Of a stretch of 41,430 nucleotides of DNA, positions 40,960-41,430 are shown one piece after another. This DNA is from Candidatus Micrarchaeia archaeon. Lineage in GTDB: Archaea; Micrarchaeota; Micrarchaeia; Micrarchaeales; CABMGC01. The DNA lies in assembly GCA_049976845.1 (NCBI GenBank), contig JBMFHL010000002.1, positions 1 through 41,430 on the forward strand, written 5' to 3'. Made by a program: the position numbers and the translations under genes. The first letter of the stretch is position 1. Every line of letters starts with the position of its first letter. The notes beneath the pieces are model-generated. The model made no database searches and was not told the DNA's origin. It worked only from the letters and a program-made list of their open reading frames with translations.

Positions 40960-41340
40960 CTTTAAATACAATCCCTACAGCAGCCATTTTTCCCTCTTTC
41001 GACGGTAAACCACAGCGGAGAGTAGGGAAAAGGTAATAACATGAAAATGGCGACCTTAAAAAATAAAATAGTTGAGGTTCATGCAGCTGCACGCGTTATT
41101 GTGCAGCGATTCGACTCTGAATTAGTAAGCAATACAAAGGTTACCTATTTACTGTAATTAGCCTGTGCAGTTAAAGAACTTGAGCTTGAAGTCCAATAAG
41201 CAGTAAACCAGGTGACTAAGAACTTTGGTTGGGGCTATGAGCAAGGCTGAGGACGCCTGGGCTTCGAACTACTTATCTATAAGCCCCAGGAGTGTATACC
41301 TATAAACTAATCAACTCACCAATGATATACAACGATATGC
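40960..41340. other. Roughly 400-nt non-coding region with several stable hairpins; possible unassigned structured RNA
   Basis: No ORF of 60 aa or more on any frame. Hairpin 40988..41031: 13 bp with one bulge, TTTTCCCTCTTTC / GAGAG(T)AGGGAAAA, 17-nt loop. Hairpin 41086..41107: GCTGCAC / GTGCAGC. AACCAGG...TTTGGTT at about 41207..41231. GGGGCT...AGCCCC at about 41232..41288. Strand and identity undetermined. Confidence 0.25.
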
Positions 41341-41355
41341 AAAGCAATACAAAAT

Positions 41356-41430
41356 TCACGGCGGTGTGTAGCCATTCCCCCAATTGCTTGTAAAGGTAAC
41401 GCCGTTAGGCACGCCGTTGTTGCCATTGCC
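41356..41430 (-). CDS. C-terminal fragment of an unidentified CDS entering from the right edge
   Basis: The minus-strand frame is open from the window edge: GNGNNGVPNGVTFTSNWGNGYTPP, then TGA at 41358-41356. Only 24 codons are visible, so support is weak. Confidence 0.25.
   Translation of the reverse strand, partial: GNGNNGVPNGVTFTSNWGNGYTPP

Noticed and set aside
41041-41157. 38-codon + strand ORF (MKMATLKNKIVEVHAAARVIVQRFDSELVSNTKVTYLL)
   Set aside because: There is no convincing SD or TATA at the proper distance, and it overlaps a strong hairpin. It is too short to evaluate and is treated as part of the non-coding region.
40960-41340. Assignment of the structured intergenic region to RNase P RNA, SRP RNA or a C/D box sRNA
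   Set aside because: I could not find the universally conserved RNase P CR-I/CR-V sequences, the SRP helix-8 GNAR loop and AGCA/GGAA loops, or RUGAUGA/CUGA boxes on either strand. It is left as an unassigned candidate.
1-41430. CRISPR arrays, rRNA genes, transposons, toxin-antitoxin or known defence systems
   Set aside because: I scanned for regularly spaced direct repeats, long inverted terminal repeats, and integrase, transposase or Cas-like motifs. None was recognised. The only RNA genes supported are the two tRNAs.

Overview
Archaeal chromosomal window. Evidence for archaeal origin: Rpo4/RpoF, ribosomal protein L21e, a TBP-fold protein, Pelota, KsgA/Dim1, NAC and TruD/Pus7; AT-rich TATA boxes about 25 nt upstream of apparently leaderless starts; GGTGA-type Shine-Dalgarno elements inside operons; a class III (pilin-type) signal peptide; an intron-containing tRNA. 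Dense packing, little metabolism and several very large sequon-rich surface proteins suggest a small DPANN-like (Micrarchaeota/Parvarchaeota-type) or similar wall-less archaeon; this is inference only. The left ~17 kb is the most interesting part. It is a single minus-strand cluster with one soluble enzyme, a VirB4/HerA-superfamily P-loop ATPase (3472..4971). Around it are a standalone copy of the ATPase C-terminal domain, two paralogous TM-hairpin proteins, six tandem paralogous 7-8-TM proteins sharing an R-x-x-P-x-x-R-x-x-G-G ... Y-P motif (6747..13910), further membrane proteins, and a separately transcribed 122-aa protein with VirB2/TrbC-like pilin layout (16681..17049). I read this as a candidate undescribed type-IV-secretion-related (Ced/Ted-like) envelope machine. 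It has no relaxase, coupling protein, VirB11 or integrase nearby. The rest of the window holds housekeeping genes; a single-repeat (half-size) TBP; a pilin-type signal peptide protein; a 2126-aa surface adhesin-like protein plus a second beta-helix-like surface protein; tRNA-Ala(UGC); tRNA-Ser(CGA) with an 11-nt non-canonically placed insertion; a processive-type GT2 synthase; a cation/proton antiporter; a DsrE-TusA-SQR-like sulfur-relay trio; and a ~400-nt structured non-coding region of unknown nature. No CRISPR array, rRNA, transposase or integrase was seen.
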